Position numbers and translations under genes: made by a program
NCBI GenBank assembly: GCA_964609905.1
Contig: CAZSUH010000004.1
Span: 971 to 64,970, forward strand
DNA: 64,000 bases
Source of the DNA: an uncultured Verrucomicrobiota bacterium
GTDB taxonomy: Bacteria > Verrucomicrobiota > Kiritimatiellia > CAIKKV01
Direction: 5' to 3'
Notes under the pieces: model-generated
The model's input: only the letters and a program-made list of their open reading frames with translations
The model's database searches: none
Told to the model about the DNA's origin: nothing
Part shown: one piece after another, positions 1-9,805 of the stretch
Layout of the letters: every line of letters starts with the position of its first letter
Position numbering within the stretch: the stretch's first letter is position 1

Positions 1-1190
1 TTGGCGGTCATGGCGCCGTCGGCCACCTCCTTGAGATTGCGCAACGGCTCCGGCGCGCCTTGCTCCAGCGCCTCGGGCGGACGATGGGAACTGAACCGTG
101 CCGTGTCGAGGATATTGAACAGCAGCACCGAATGGTAGGCGATCAGGGCGCGGCCGGATTCGCTGAGGATGATCGGATGGGGCACGCCGGCGGGATCGGT
201 GATCCGCATGACCCCCTCGAGCACGTCGGAACAATATTCGGAAATGTCGTAGTTGCTGCTGCTCGGGAAATTCGTGTGGGAGCCGTCGTAGTCCACAGCC
301 AGGCCGCCGCCGATATCCAGGATGCCCATGGCCGCGCCTTCCTTGGCCAGGTCCACATAGAACCGGGCCGCCTCGGCGATCGCCACGCGGATGTGATCGA
401 TGTTCGGAATCTGGGAACCCAGGTGATAATGGAGCATCTGAAGACAGTCGAGCATGTTCCGTTTGCGCAACTCGTCCACCACGTCGATGATCTGCGCCGT
501 GTTCAGCCCGAATACGCTGCGGTCGCCGCCGGACTCGGTCCACTTTCCGCCCGCCCGGGAGGACAGCTTGACACGCACGCCGATCATGGGCCGCACACCC
601 ACTTCGGCCGCCACCTTGAGGATCAGCTCCAGTTCGCCGGGCATTTCAACCACGAGCAGCGGACGCAGCCCCATTTTCTGGCCATACAAGGCCAGCCGGA
701 TGAACTCCTCGTCCTTGTACCCGTTGCACACCAGATAGGCCTCGGGATCCTCCAGATAGGCCAGCGCGGCGATCAACTCCGCCTTGCTGCCGGCCTCCAG
801 CCCGTGGTGCCACGCCCGACCGTGGCGGACAATCTCCTCCACCACCTGCTGCTGCTGGTTGACCTTGATGGGAAACACGCCGCGGTATTGGCCCTTGTAA
901 GACAACGCCTCGATGGCCTTGCCGAAGGTCTCGTTGATCAGCCGGATGCGATCCCCCAGTATCCCGGCAAACCGCAGCACCACGGGCAGCATCATGCCGC
1001 GATCGCGCAACCCCTCGACAATGTCGCACAGCTTGACCGTCACCCCCGAGCCGTTGCGCCCGGGCAGGCGGGCCACGACGTCGCCCTCCGGCGACACGTC
1101 GAAATACCCGCTTCCCCACGTCCGGATGCCGTACAACTCGATCGACTGGTCCACGGTCCATCGTTCCAGCGAATCGACTTTCATATTCAT
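1..1190 (-). CDS. speA: Biosynthetic arginine decarboxylase, N-terminal ~396 aa (3' end runs off the left edge)
   Basis: Own translation of the third minus frame, which is absent from the ORF track because it has no stop in the window. It reads MNMKVDSLERWTVDQSIELYGIRTWGSGYFDVSPEGDVV ... VDELRKRNMLDCLQMLHYHLGSQIPNIDHIRVAIAEAARF ... QGAPEPLRNLKEVADGAMTA and is open from ATG 1188-1190 to nt 1. The 706-aa plus ORF is its antisense shadow. Confidence 0.85.
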   Translation of the reverse strand, partial: MNMKVDSLERWTVDQSIELYGIRTWGSGYFDVSPEGDVVARLPGRNGSGVTVKLCDIVEGLRDRGMMLPVVLRFAGILGDRIRLINETFGKAIEALSYKGQYRGVFPIKVNQQQQVVEEIVRHGRAWHHGLEAGSKAELIAALAYLEDPEAYLVCNGYKDEEFIRLALYGQKMGLRPLLVVEMPGELELILKVAAEVGVRPMIGVRVKLSSRAGGKWTESGGDRSVFGLNTAQIIDVVDELRKRNMLDCLQMLHYHLGSQIPNIDHIRVAIAEAARFYVDLAKEGAAMGILDIGGGLAVDYDGSHTNFPSSSNYDISEYCSDVLEGVMRITDPAGVPHPIILSESGRALIAYHSVLLFNILDTARFSSHRPPEALEQGAPEPLRNLKEVADGAMTA

Positions 1191-1229
1191 GCCGCCACCT
1201 GCCGCTTGCGGATTGACGTCCGCGTGTTC

Positions 1230-2009
1230 CTACCAGACCCGCCGGACGGGGAGCCCCGCTTCCGCCATGGCCGTTTTAATGGCGCGGATCGTGACCTGCC
1301 CCGTGTGAATCATGCCCGCCACGATCGCCGCGTCCGCCGCCGCGTCGCGGAACACCTCCACCACGTGCGCCGGCGTGCCCGCCCCGCCCGAGGCCACCAC
1401 CGGAATCCGCACGGCCCGCGCGATCAACCGCGTCAGGGTCAGTTCGAATCCCTCGCGAGTCCCGTCCGCGTCCACCGAGTTGACCACGATTTCGCCCGCG
1501 CCCAGTTCTTCGGCCCGTTTTGCCCACGCCAGGGCGTCCAGCCCCGTGCGCTCGCGATTGCCGCGGATCGTCACCTCGTAGCCGCTCGGGAACCGGACCG
1601 GATCCGAGGCCCGCACCGGATCCATGCCCAGCACGATGCACTGGCGTCCGAAGGCCTTCGCGCCCTCCGCGATGATCGCCGGCTGAAGCACGGCCAGCGA
1701 GTTGACCGACACCTTTTCGGCGCCCGCCAGCAGCACGCGCGACATGTCCGCCAGGCTCGAGATGCCGCCGCCCACGGCGAATGGAATATGAATCGCGCGC
1801 GCCACCTCGCCGACCATCTCGATGTCGATCGGCCGCCGTTCGGCCGAGGCCGTGATGTCGTAAAAAACCAGTTCGTCGCAGCCGTCCGCGCAATACGCCG
1901 CCGCCATGGCCACCGGATCACCCAGTTCCGCATTGTTCTGGAACTTCACGCCCTTGGTCACGCGCTTGTTCCTTATATCGAGACATGGAATGACCCGTTT
2001 CGTCAGCAT
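1230..2009 (-). CDS. hisF: Imidazole glycerol phosphate synthase, cyclase subunit
   Basis: MLTKRVIPCLDIRNKRVTKGVKF...VGGGISSLADM...ASGGAGTPAHV is a typical HisF (beta/alpha)8 sequence. An alternative upstream ATG lies at 2021. The gene overlaps the hisH stop. Confidence 0.93.
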   Translation of the reverse strand: MLTKRVIPCLDIRNKRVTKGVKFQNNAELGDPVAMAAAYCADGCDELVFYDITASAERRPIDIEMVGEVARAIHIPFAVGGGISSLADMSRVLLAGAEKVSVNSLAVLQPAIIAEGAKAFGRQCIVLGMDPVRASDPVRFPSGYEVTIRGNRERTGLDALAWAKRAEELGAGEIVVNSVDADGTREGFELTLTRLIARAVRIPVVASGGAGTPAHVVEVFRDAAADAAIVAGMIHTGQVTIRAIKTAMAEAGLPVRRVW

Positions 2010-2626
2010 GTCCCGCTCCACCGCGCAAAGTTGTCCAGCAGACGCAACCCGATCCGCCCCGACTTTTCGGGATGGAACTGGGTGGCCACGATGTTGCCCC
2101 GGGCCAGCGCGGAGGCAAAGGTGAAGCCCCCGTATTCCGTCTCGCCCAACTGGTCCGGCGCCGATGCCGGAACCGGGTAGAAGCTGTGCACGAAATAGAA
2201 CTCGGCGCCGTCGTCGATGCCCTCGAAAACGGGGTGCGCCCGAAGGCGACGCACGGCGTTCCAGCCCATCTGCGGCACCTTGACGCGCGGATTGCCGAAC
2301 CGGAATTCGCGGCAGGTTCCGGGAATCAGGCCCAGGCAGGCGACGCCCTTGTCCTCGTCGGACTTCTCCAGGATAATCTGGGCGCCCAGACAGATCCCCA
2401 GGAAAGGAATGCCCTGGCCGGCCGCCTCCCGAAGCGCGTCGGCGAGACCGCTCCCGCGCAGCGTGGCCATGGCGGAAGCCGCCGCCCCGACACCGGGAAA
2501 GACGACCCGGTCCGCGGCGCGGATGACGGCGGGATCGTCCGTCACCCGGACCGGCAGGCCGAGGTATTCGAAGGCCAGCCTGACGCTCGTCAGGTTGCCC
2601 GCTTTGTAATCGACAAGGGTAATCAT
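2003..2626 (-). CDS. hisH: Imidazole glycerol phosphate synthase, glutamine amidotransferase subunit
   Basis: MITLVDYKAGNLTSVRLAFEYLG...FLGICLGAQIL...FHPEKSG carries the class-I GATase Cys-His-Glu signature. The gene sits adjacent to hisF. Confidence 0.93.
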   Translation of the reverse strand: MITLVDYKAGNLTSVRLAFEYLGLPVRVTDDPAVIRAADRVVFPGVGAAASAMATLRGSGLADALREAAGQGIPFLGICLGAQIILEKSDEDKGVACLGLIPGTCREFRFGNPRVKVPQMGWNAVRRLRAHPVFEGIDDGAEFYFVHSFYPVPASAPDQLGETEYGGFTFASALARGNIVATQFHPEKSGRIGLRLLDNFARWSGTC

Positions 2627-2785
2627 GGCAAGGGTGTAAAGGATATCACCCCCCTGCCAAACTGCAAGCCCCGGCGTGGGCTTTTTTTGTACCCGACCGC
2701 TTTCGGAATTCCTCCCGTCTCAAGCCGGTCATCGTTCAATTTAACTTGAACGGCAAGCCGCGATCGCGCACACTTTCATCTCCTT

Positions 2786-3529
2786 ATGATCCAGGGAACT
2801 GAACAGCCATTGACACGGCGGATCCTCCCGGACGTTTTCGCGTTCGGAGCCGGATTGGGCATGGCTTATTTCCTGAAATGGGAAACGACGGATCTGGTCT
2901 GGAGCCTGTGGCTGAGCAGCCTAACCCTTGGATACCTGACCATCCTTTCGGCAATCGGCGGAGGCGCTTATCTCGGGATTCGCGCGATAACGCACAAGGA
3001 TTTCAAGAAACCGCTGCGCCTGCCGGCGGCCCTGATCGGCATCGCCATCGGCCTGTTTTTTCTGGGCTTCTTCTCAATTCATTTCTGCGGTTTCCATGCG
3101 GGGCATTCCGCATTCCTGAGCCACTTCTTCCCACTCAAGGGCCTGCCGAATGACGGGTTTGGCGCCGCCTTTATGAATCCACCGCTTCTCTGGCTGTTGG
3201 TATTCCGGCATCTCATGAAACCGTATGGCCTGTTTCTGATCCCCATGATCCTGGCGGAGCGGCGCCCTGTGTTTCAGCCTTTCATTCAAGCCGTGAACAC
3301 CGTCCGCGGGGAGAAGCGGCAGGAGCAGAATACCCGGACGACGTTGGAATTGTTTATGAAAGCCTCATTCAGCCGGCCATACGTCAACGTCGTGCGCATG
3401 CACCTGCTCATTTTCTTCTTCGCCTTCAGCCAGGCCCTGAAGGTCAATTCCTTCCTTGTCTATGCCGTTGTTTACTCCGTCTACTTTTTCCCTTGGAGTG
3501 AAGTCAGGAAACTGACGGGGAAGCGGTAG
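2786..3529 (+). CDS. Hypothetical polytopic membrane protein
   Basis: 247-aa ORF with several hydrophobic segments (LWLSSLTLGYLTILSAIGGGAYLGI, IGIAIGLFFLGFFSIHFCGF, LLIFFFAFSQALKV). GC is visibly lower than in the neighbouring genes. No family was recognised. Confidence 0.6.
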   Translation: MIQGTEQPLTRRILPDVFAFGAGLGMAYFLKWETTDLVWSLWLSSLTLGYLTILSAIGGGAYLGIRAITHKDFKKPLRLPAALIGIAIGLFFLGFFSIHFCGFHAGHSAFLSHFFPLKGLPNDGFGAAFMNPPLLWLLVFRHLMKPYGLFLIPMILAERRPVFQPFIQAVNTVRGEKRQEQNTRTTLELFMKASFSRPYVNVVRMHLLIFFFAFSQALKVNSFLVYAVVYSVYFFPWSEVRKLTGKR

Positions 3530-3843
3530 TGCTTGTTGCGGGAGCGTGCGGAGCGCCAGTCGGTCTGGCACCCCCAGCCTATCCATTCTTCCGGTCAAAA
3601 TCTCCGCCTTGTCAATGGCCCGAACACGGCCATCCGCGGGGGCGGGAATAACCTCGGCCTTCTCGCTCACGCTCCGGTTGATAAAAACAAGCGTTCCTGG
3701 CCAGTATGCAACCACGGCTCCCACATGCAAATCGTATTTTGTGACAGCGGTTCACGGAGCCGCTTCGCATTCCGTGATTGAGTTCGGCCACGTCTTTATT
3801 TATACTTCTCCCTTCATTTGTCCAAAAAGGAACTGGATCCGCT

Positions 3844-5433
3844 ATGTCGCACCGAAAAAAACTGCTTCTGGGCGATGAGGCCATCGCGCAAGGCGCGTTG
3901 GATGCCGGCATCAGCGGCGTCTACGCCTACCCCGGCACGCCCTCCACCGAAATCACCGAATACATCCAGCATGACCGCGAGGCGGCGGCCCGCAACGTGC
4001 ACCGCCGGTGGAGCGCCAACGAAAAGACGGCGATGGAAGAGGCGCTCGGCATGTCCTACGCGGGCAAGCGCGCCCTGGTCTGCATGAAACACGTCGGCCT
4101 CAACGTCGCCGCCGATCCCTTCATGAACGCCGCCGTGACCGGGGTCCACGGCGGGCTGGTGATCGTCGCCGCCGACGATCCCTCCATGCATTCCAGCCAG
4201 AACGAGCAGGATTCCCGCTTCTATGCCAAGTTCGCCTCCATCCCCCTTTGCGAGCCGGCCAGCCAGCAGGAGGCCTATGACATGACCCGGGCGGCCTTCG
4301 AGTTCGCCGAAAAAATCCGGCTTCCCGTGCTCCTCCGCATCACCACCCGCCTGGCCCACTCCCGCGCGGATGTCACCCCCGCCCCCACCCGCGCCGAGAG
4401 TCCGCTCAACCCCGCCTCGGACCTCAAGCAGTGGGTGCTCCTGCCCGCGCATGCCCGCCGCAATTGGGCGGCCCTGCTTGCCCGCTGGGCCGAGATTACC
4501 CGCATGACCGACGCCCTGCCCGGCAACCGGTTCATCCCCGGCTCCGATCGCACCCTCGGCATTCTCGCCGCCGGCGTCGCGTTCAACTACCTGAACGAAT
4601 GCTTCCGCGAGGGCGACTGCCCCTTCCCCATCCTCAAAATCGGACAGTACCCCTTCCCCGCGGCCCGGCTGGGCGAACTCCAGGCCGCCTGCGACGCCCT
4701 GCTCGTGCTGGAAGAAGGCGCGCCGTTCATCGAGGAGCAACTGGTCGGCCTGTTTCCCCGTTCGGCGATGCCCATCCGCGGCCGGCTGGACGGCACGCTC
4801 CCGCGCACCGGCGAACTCACTCCCGAAAGCGTGGCCGCCGCGCTGGGTCTCGCCCGGCCCGAAGGCCCGGCCGTCCCGGCGTTTGTCGCGCCGCGTCCGC
4901 CCGCCCTCTGCCGTGGCTGCCCTCATTCGGATACCTACCGCTTTCTCACCGAGGTCATGAAGGATTTTCCCGGCGGCCGCGTGTTCTCCGACATCGGGTG
5001 CTATACGCTCGGCGCGCTCCCGCCTTACGAGGCCATCCACTCCTGCGTGGACATGGGCGCTTCGATCACGATGGCCAAGGGCGCGGCCGATGCCGGCGTC
5101 TCTCCCGTCCTCGCCGTGATCGGCGATTCCACCTTCGCCCACTCCGGCATCACGGGCCTGCTGGACGCGGTCGCGGAGAAGAGTCCGGTCAAAATCCTGA
5201 TTCTCGACAACGAAACCACCGGCATGACGGGAGGACAGGATTCCCTGGCGATGGGCCGGCTGGAATCCATCTGCGCCGGGATCGGGGTGGAACCCGCGCA
5301 TATCCGCGTGCTGAATCCCCTCGCCAAGCACCATGACGAAAACGCGAGGATTCTGCGCGAGGAAATCGCCTGGTCCGGCGTCTCCGTCCTCATCGCCCGC
5401 CGCGCCTGCATCCAGATCCGGAGGAAAGGCTGA
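3844..5433 (+). CDS. iorA: Indolepyruvate/2-oxoacid:ferredoxin oxidoreductase, alpha (TPP-binding) subunit
   Basis: MSHRKKLLLGDEAIAQGALDAGISGVYAYPGTPSTEITEYI ... GDSTFAHSGITGLLDAV...LDNETTGMTGGQ (TPP motif). The start was moved from the track's 3778 to the ATG at 3844. Confidence 0.85.
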   Translation: MSHRKKLLLGDEAIAQGALDAGISGVYAYPGTPSTEITEYIQHDREAAARNVHRRWSANEKTAMEEALGMSYAGKRALVCMKHVGLNVAADPFMNAAVTGVHGGLVIVAADDPSMHSSQNEQDSRFYAKFASIPLCEPASQQEAYDMTRAAFEFAEKIRLPVLLRITTRLAHSRADVTPAPTRAESPLNPASDLKQWVLLPAHARRNWAALLARWAEITRMTDALPGNRFIPGSDRTLGILAAGVAFNYLNECFREGDCPFPILKIGQYPFPAARLGELQAACDALLVLEEGAPFIEEQLVGLFPRSAMPIRGRLDGTLPRTGELTPESVAAALGLARPEGPAVPAFVAPRPPALCRGCPHSDTYRFLTEVMKDFPGGRVFSDIGCYTLGALPPYEAIHSCVDMGASITMAKGAADAGVSPVLAVIGDSTFAHSGITGLLDAVAEKSPVKILILDNETTGMTGGQDSLAMGRLESICAGIGVEPAHIRVLNPLAKHHDENARILREEIAWSGVSVLIARRACIQIRRKG

Positions 5434-5434
5434 G

Positions 5435-6031
5435 ATGAACTACGACATGATCATCGCCGGCGTCGGGGGACAGGGCATTCTCTCCATCGCCACCGTGCTC
5501 GGCCGCGCCGCGATCGACCTGAACCTGCGTCTCAAGCAGTCCGAGGTACACGGCATGGCCCAGCGCGGCGGCGCCGTGCAGGCCCACCTGCGCCTGTCTG
5601 ACCGGCCCATCCATTCCGACCTGATCCCCCGCGGCGGCGCGGACATGATTCTATCCATGGAACCGCTCGAACTGCTGCGCTACCTGCCCTGGCTCGATGC
5701 CGGCGCCGGCTGGGCCGTGGCCAACACCGCGCCGATCCTAAACATCGAGACCTACCCGGAGCCCGAGACGATTTACGGCGAAATCCGCCGGCTGCCCCGT
5801 CACTTCCTGTTCGATGCCGATGCCCTCGCCCGCGACACGGGCGCGCCCCGCGCCGTCAACATGGCCATGCTGGGCGCCGCCTCCAGCTTCCTGCCCGTGC
5901 CCGGCCCCGCGATTGAAGCGGCCATCGCCGGCCAGTTCGCCCGCAAGGGCGAAGCGGTGGTGGCCGGCAACCTGGCCGTCTTCCAGGCCGGCCGCGCCGC
6001 AACCGCTCCCCTCCACCAGGCTCCGGCATGA
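5435..6031 (+). CDS. iorB: Indolepyruvate oxidoreductase, beta subunit
   Basis: MNYDMIIAGVGGQGILSIATVLGRAA...EVHGMAQRGGAV. The start lies 1 nt after the iorA stop, and the track ORF's N-terminal extension overlaps iorA. Confidence 0.85.
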   Translation: MNYDMIIAGVGGQGILSIATVLGRAAIDLNLRLKQSEVHGMAQRGGAVQAHLRLSDRPIHSDLIPRGGADMILSMEPLELLRYLPWLDAGAGWAVANTAPILNIETYPEPETIYGEIRRLPRHFLFDADALARDTGAPRAVNMAMLGAASSFLPVPGPAIEAAIAGQFARKGEAVVAGNLAVFQAGRAATAPLHQAPA

Positions 6032-6816
6032 TTATCGACTGCCACACCCACGCCTTCCCCGACGCCATCGCGGCGCGCGCGCTCGATGCGATCGGCACGC
6101 GGGGCGGATTCCGGCCCGTGCTCGACGGCACCGTGGGCAGCCTGCTGCGCTCCATGGACCGGGCCGGCGTGGACAAGTCGCTCCTGCTCAACATCGCCAC
6201 CAAACCCGACCAGTTCGTTCCCATCCTGAAGTTTTGCGCCGCCATCCGATCGGACCGTCTCATCCCCTTCCCCTCCGTACATCCCGACGATCCCGAGATG
6301 AAAAGCCGGCTTCGCACCATCAAGGCGGAAGGCTACAAGGGCGTCAAGCTCCACCCCTACTATCAGGGATTCACGCTCGACGAACCGCGGCTTGACCCCC
6401 TCTATGCCACGCTGGAGGAAGAAGGCCTGTTCCTGATCGCCCACACGGGGTACGACGTCTCCTACCCGTTCGACGACATCTGCGGCCCCCGCCGCATCGT
6501 GGCCGTGCTCGACCGGTTTCCCGGCCTCCAATTCATGACCTCCCATTTGGGCGCCTGGTACGACTACGACGAGGTGCGACGGTGGCTTGTGGGCCGCCCG
6601 GTCTATATGGACCTCGCCGTCACCTTCGGCTACCTGCCGGACGCCGAACTGAAGGCGCTGATCGAAAAACATGGCCCTCAGTATGTTTGCTTCGGCACCG
6701 ATTCGCCGTGGGTGAACCAAGCGGACGATCTCGCGAAATTACGCGCGCTCGGGCTGGACGCCGACGCGCTCGCCGGCATCGAGGGGGAAAACGCGCGGCG
6801 CTTCTTCGGCTTGTAA
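6028..6816 (+). CDS. Amidohydrolase-family (TIM-barrel metal-dependent) hydrolase
   Basis: MIIDCHTHAFPD...KGVKLHPYYQGF...IAHTG...FGTDSPW shows an Amidohydro_2-like pattern. ATGA overlap with the iorB stop. Confidence 0.75.
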   Translation: MIIDCHTHAFPDAIAARALDAIGTRGGFRPVLDGTVGSLLRSMDRAGVDKSLLLNIATKPDQFVPILKFCAAIRSDRLIPFPSVHPDDPEMKSRLRTIKAEGYKGVKLHPYYQGFTLDEPRLDPLYATLEEEGLFLIAHTGYDVSYPFDDICGPRRIVAVLDRFPGLQFMTSHLGAWYDYDEVRRWLVGRPVYMDLAVTFGYLPDAELKALIEKHGPQYVCFGTDSPWVNQADDLAKLRALGLDADALAGIEGENARRFFGL

Positions 6817-6843
6817 CCGGATCACGAAAAGGAACCAACGATC

Positions 6844-7707
6844 ATGCATCGAGTCCTGTTCAAAGAACAGCTTTCCGAGGAGGTTTTTCTCATGCGCGTC
6901 GAGGCGTCCCTCATCGCCGGGGAACGCCGACCCGGCCAGTTCGTCATCGTGCAGACGGACAACGAGTTCGGAGAGCGCATCCCCCTCACCATCGCGGACG
7001 CCGATCCGCGCGAGGGCTCCATCACGCTCGTCTTTCAGGCCGTCGGCAAAACCACGCACACGCTTTCGGAAAAAAAAGTCGGCGATTCCATTGCCAGTAT
7101 CCTCGGGCCGCTCGGGCGTCCGACCCACATCGAAAAATTCGGCACGGTGGTCTGCGTGGGCGGCGGCATTGGCGTGGCGCCGCTCCACCCCATCGTGCAG
7201 GGCATGAAAAAAGCCGGCAACAAACTGATCGTGATCATGGGCGCTCGCAACAAAAGCCTGGTCATCCTCGAGGATCGGATGCGCGCGCTGGCCGACGAAT
7301 TGATTCTCTGCACGGACGACGGCTCCGCCGGCCGCAAGGGCCTCGTTACCGAGCCGCTCAAGGAGGTTTGCGAGCGCGTCCCGAAACCCGACGCCTGCGT
7401 GGCCATCGGCCCGCCCATCATGATGAAGTTCTGCGCGGAAACCACCCGCCCGTTTGGCGTCAAAACCCTGGTCTCGCTCAACACGATCATGGTGGACGGC
7501 ACCGGCATGTGCGGCGGCTGCCGCGTGACGGTCGGGGGCCAAACCAAATTCGTGTGCGTGGACGGCCCGGAGTTCGACGGCCACCAGGTGGATTTCGACA
7601 ACATGATGCGCCGCCTGCGCGCCTACAAGAGCCAGGAAGACACCGCCCACCATCAATGCCACCTCGACCTGGAAGCCGCGCGGCTCCGGAAGGACGGGAA
7701 CGCATGA
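6844..7707 (+). CDS. nfnA: NfnA/SudB-like FAD/[2Fe-2S] subunit (ferredoxin-NADP+ reductase-like, dihydroorotate dehydrogenase electron-transfer-subunit fold)
   Basis: GQFVIVQ...ERIPLTIAD...VCVGGGIGVAPLHP...MVDGTGMCGGCRV...FVCVDGPEF. The gene is paired with the gltD-like gene that follows it. Confidence 0.75.
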   Translation: MHRVLFKEQLSEEVFLMRVEASLIAGERRPGQFVIVQTDNEFGERIPLTIADADPREGSITLVFQAVGKTTHTLSEKKVGDSIASILGPLGRPTHIEKFGTVVCVGGGIGVAPLHPIVQGMKKAGNKLIVIMGARNKSLVILEDRMRALADELILCTDDGSAGRKGLVTEPLKEVCERVPKPDACVAIGPPIMMKFCAETTRPFGVKTLVSLNTIMVDGTGMCGGCRVTVGGQTKFVCVDGPEFDGHQVDFDNMMRRLRAYKSQEDTAHHQCHLDLEAARLRKDGNA

Positions 7708-9224
7708 GCCACCCAACCCCCGACTCCCTGCGCGAGGAAGCCCGCAAGCGCCTGGTTGCGCTCCAGGGCAAAACGCTCACACCCCGCGACCGCATGGCGA
7801 TCCCTCCGCAGGAAATGCCCGCCCAGCCGCCCGACGAGCGGCGCGCGAACATGCGCGAGGTGGCGCTCGGTTATTCCGCCGAACAGGCCCGCCTGGAGGC
7901 GCTTCGCTGCCTTCAATGTAAAAACGCCCCCTGCATCAGCGGATGCCCCGTCCGCATCGACATCCCCGCCTTCGTCAAGACCATTGCCGAGGGACGCGAC
8001 GCCGACGCCATCGCCATTATCCGCCGGAACAGCCTGCTCCCCGCCGTCTGCGGACGCGTCTGCCCCCAGGAGGTCCAGTGCCAGGCGCCCTGCACGGTCG
8101 GCAAGGCCCTCAAGGATGTGAGCAAGGCCGTCTCCATCGGACGGCTCGAGCGATATGTCGCGGACGTGGAGCGCGAGTCCGGCGCCTTTCCCCCGCCGGC
8201 GGTCAAGCCGGAGACGGGTAAACGGGTGGCCGTGGTCGGCAGCGGCCCGGCCAGCATCACCGTGGCCGCCGACGTGCGACGCGAAGGACACGCCGTCACG
8301 CTCTTCGAGGCCTTCCATAAACCCGGCGGCGTGCTGATGTACGGCATCCCCGAGTTCCGTCTGCCCAAGGCGATTGTCCAAGCCGAAATCGACACCCTCC
8401 GCGGCATGGGCGTGGAGATCAAGACCAATTTCCTCGTCGGCCGCACCCGCAAGTTGCAGGACCTGATCGCCAAGGATGGCTTCGACGCCGTCTTTGTCGG
8501 CACCGGCGCCGGCCTGCCCAAATTCATGGGGATCGAGGGGGAAAACCTGGTTGGCGTCTTTTCGGCCAACGAATACCTGACCCGGGCCAACCTGATGCGC
8601 GCCTACGACACCGGCCACGCCGACACGCCCCTTTTCAACTCCCGCAAGGTCGCCGTACTCGGCGGCGGCAACGTGGCCATGGATGCCGCCCGCATGGCGG
8701 TCCGGCTCGGCGCCCAGGAGGTTCACCTGGTGTACCGCCGGACGGAGGTCGAGATGCCGGCCCGCGTGGAAGAAGTCGCCCACGCCAAGGAGGAAGGCGT
8801 CCTCTTCCACCTGCTTCAGAACCCGCGTCGAATCCTGGGCAATGACTTCGGGCTCGTGACCGGCATGGAATGTTTACGCTACGAACTCGGCGAACCCGAC
8901 GCCTCTGGCCGCCGCCGGCCCGTGGAAATCCCGGGCAGCGAGTTCGTGATGGAGGTCGACACGGTCATTGTGGCCATCGGCAACGAATCCAATCCGCTGA
9001 TCAAGCAGACAACGCCCGACCTGGCCGTCAACAAGTGGGGCAACCTGATCGTTGATCCCGAAACAGGCAAAACATCCCTGGACCGGGTCTACGCGGGCGG
9101 CGACATCGTGCTGGGCGCGGCCACGGTCATTCTCGCCATGGGCGAGGGACGGCGAGCCGCCGCCTCCATCCATGCGCTCCTGGCGTCGGACGTTTCCGAA
9201 AAACCCGCGTCCGCTCCCGGATGA
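7704..9224 (+). CDS. nfnB: NfnB / glutamate synthase small-chain-like NADPH oxidoreductase (2x[4Fe-4S] + FAD)
   Basis: MSHPTPDSL...CLQCKNAPCISGCPVRIDIPAF...CGRVCPQEVQCQAPC...VAVVGSGPASITVAADVRREGH...VLGGGNVAMDAAR. ATGA overlap with nfnA. The track's 880-aa version is an out-of-context N-terminal extension. Confidence 0.85.
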   Translation: MSHPTPDSLREEARKRLVALQGKTLTPRDRMAIPPQEMPAQPPDERRANMREVALGYSAEQARLEALRCLQCKNAPCISGCPVRIDIPAFVKTIAEGRDADAIAIIRRNSLLPAVCGRVCPQEVQCQAPCTVGKALKDVSKAVSIGRLERYVADVERESGAFPPPAVKPETGKRVAVVGSGPASITVAADVRREGHAVTLFEAFHKPGGVLMYGIPEFRLPKAIVQAEIDTLRGMGVEIKTNFLVGRTRKLQDLIAKDGFDAVFVGTGAGLPKFMGIEGENLVGVFSANEYLTRANLMRAYDTGHADTPLFNSRKVAVLGGGNVAMDAARMAVRLGAQEVHLVYRRTEVEMPARVEEVAHAKEEGVLFHLLQNPRRILGNDFGLVTGMECLRYELGEPDASGRRRPVEIPGSEFVMEVDTVIVAIGNESNPLIKQTTPDLAVNKWGNLIVDPETGKTSLDRVYAGGDIVLGAATVILAMGEGRRAAASIHALLASDVSEKPASAPG

Positions 9225-9805
9225 ACCGCCTCGCTTCCATCCGCGGCGTGATCTTCGACATGGACGGCACGCTGACCCTGCCGGTGATTGACTTTGCTCT
9301 CATGCGGGCCCGCCTGGGCATTCCAGAGGGCGACATGCTGGCGGCCATCCGGTCCTGGCCCCCCGACAAACAGGCCTGGGCATTCGCCGAGGTGGAAGCG
9401 CTCGAGGAAGAGGCCAGCCGCCAGTTGAAACTGCAGCCCGGCGCGGAGGCGTTGATGCAGGCGCTCGACAGGCGCGGCCTACCCAAGGCCATCCTGACCC
9501 GGAACACGGAAAAATCGGTATTGCACCTGCAGCGGTTCCTGCACTCCCGCTTTTCGGTCATCGTCACGCGCGACTTCCCCACCTGCAAGCCGGACCCGGC
9601 GCCGGCCCTGCACATCTGCCGGGAATGGAAACTCGATCCGGCCCGGGTGTTGCTCGTGGGCGATTACCGGGACGACATCCTCTGCGGCAAACGGGCCGGC
9701 AACCTGACCTGCCTGCTCCTGAACGGACGCAATGCCGCCTTTGCCGAACTGGCGGACTTCACGGTGGAGAGTTTGGAGCAGTTGGCGGTCCGTTTTTCGG
9801 ATTAA
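9221..9805 (+). CDS. HAD-superfamily hydrolase (intact copy)
   Basis: GVIFDMDGTLT (motif I), ILTRNT (motif II), K...VGDYRDD (motifs III/IV). ATGA overlap with the nfnB stop. Confidence 0.85.
   Translation: MNRLASIRGVIFDMDGTLTLPVIDFALMRARLGIPEGDMLAAIRSWPPDKQAWAFAEVEALEEEASRQLKLQPGAEALMQALDRRGLPKAILTRNTEKSVLHLQRFLHSRFSVIVTRDFPTCKPDPAPALHICREWKLDPARVLLVGDYRDDILCGKRAGNLTCLLLNGRNAAFAELADFTVESLEQLAVRFSD

Noticed and set aside
60-2180. 706-aa plus-strand ORF, one of the longest in the track
   Set aside because: It lies antisense to speA, hisF and hisH, whose translations are clearly recognisable. Its composition is Arg/His/Pro/Gly-rich, which is typical of a high-GC shadow ORF.
2666-2688. Terminator-like hairpin on the plus strand (aagccc-cggcgt-gggctt followed by a T run)
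   Set aside because: There is no plus-strand gene upstream for it to terminate, because hisH is on the other strand, and the stem is only 6 bp. It could be chance or an unknown small transcript. Evidence is insufficient.
3365-3730. 121-aa minus ORF in the 314-bp gap before iorA, with a lipoyl/HlyD-like stretch (VIPAPADGRVRAIDKAEIL)
   Set aside because: It has a TTG start and half of it overlaps the membrane-protein gene. The similarity is a short motif only. At best it is a decayed gene fragment.
3814-5334. 506-aa minus ORF, plus similar long ORFs at 7653-8810, 10129-11370, 25773-27134, 27230-28363, 47366-48724, 49293-50516, 59131-60279, 60276-61568 and 61886-62989
   Set aside because: Each lies fully antisense to a confidently identified gene (iorA, nfnB, the 791-aa gene, purA, degT, the acyltransferase, xylB, TPR, cpaF, cpaC). 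All have shadow-ORF composition.
6582-7703. N-terminal 374 aa of the 880-aa track ORF. Similar 5' extensions occur at 42657-42944 (glf), 24230-24463 (dxr), 46014-46595 (DUF362), 34190-34477 (GT9) and 13961-14158 (beta-helix protein).
   Set aside because: The extensions overlap upstream genes in another frame and are Arg/Pro-rich. Recognisable homology starts only at internal ATG/GTG/TTG codons that sit in stop-start overlaps.
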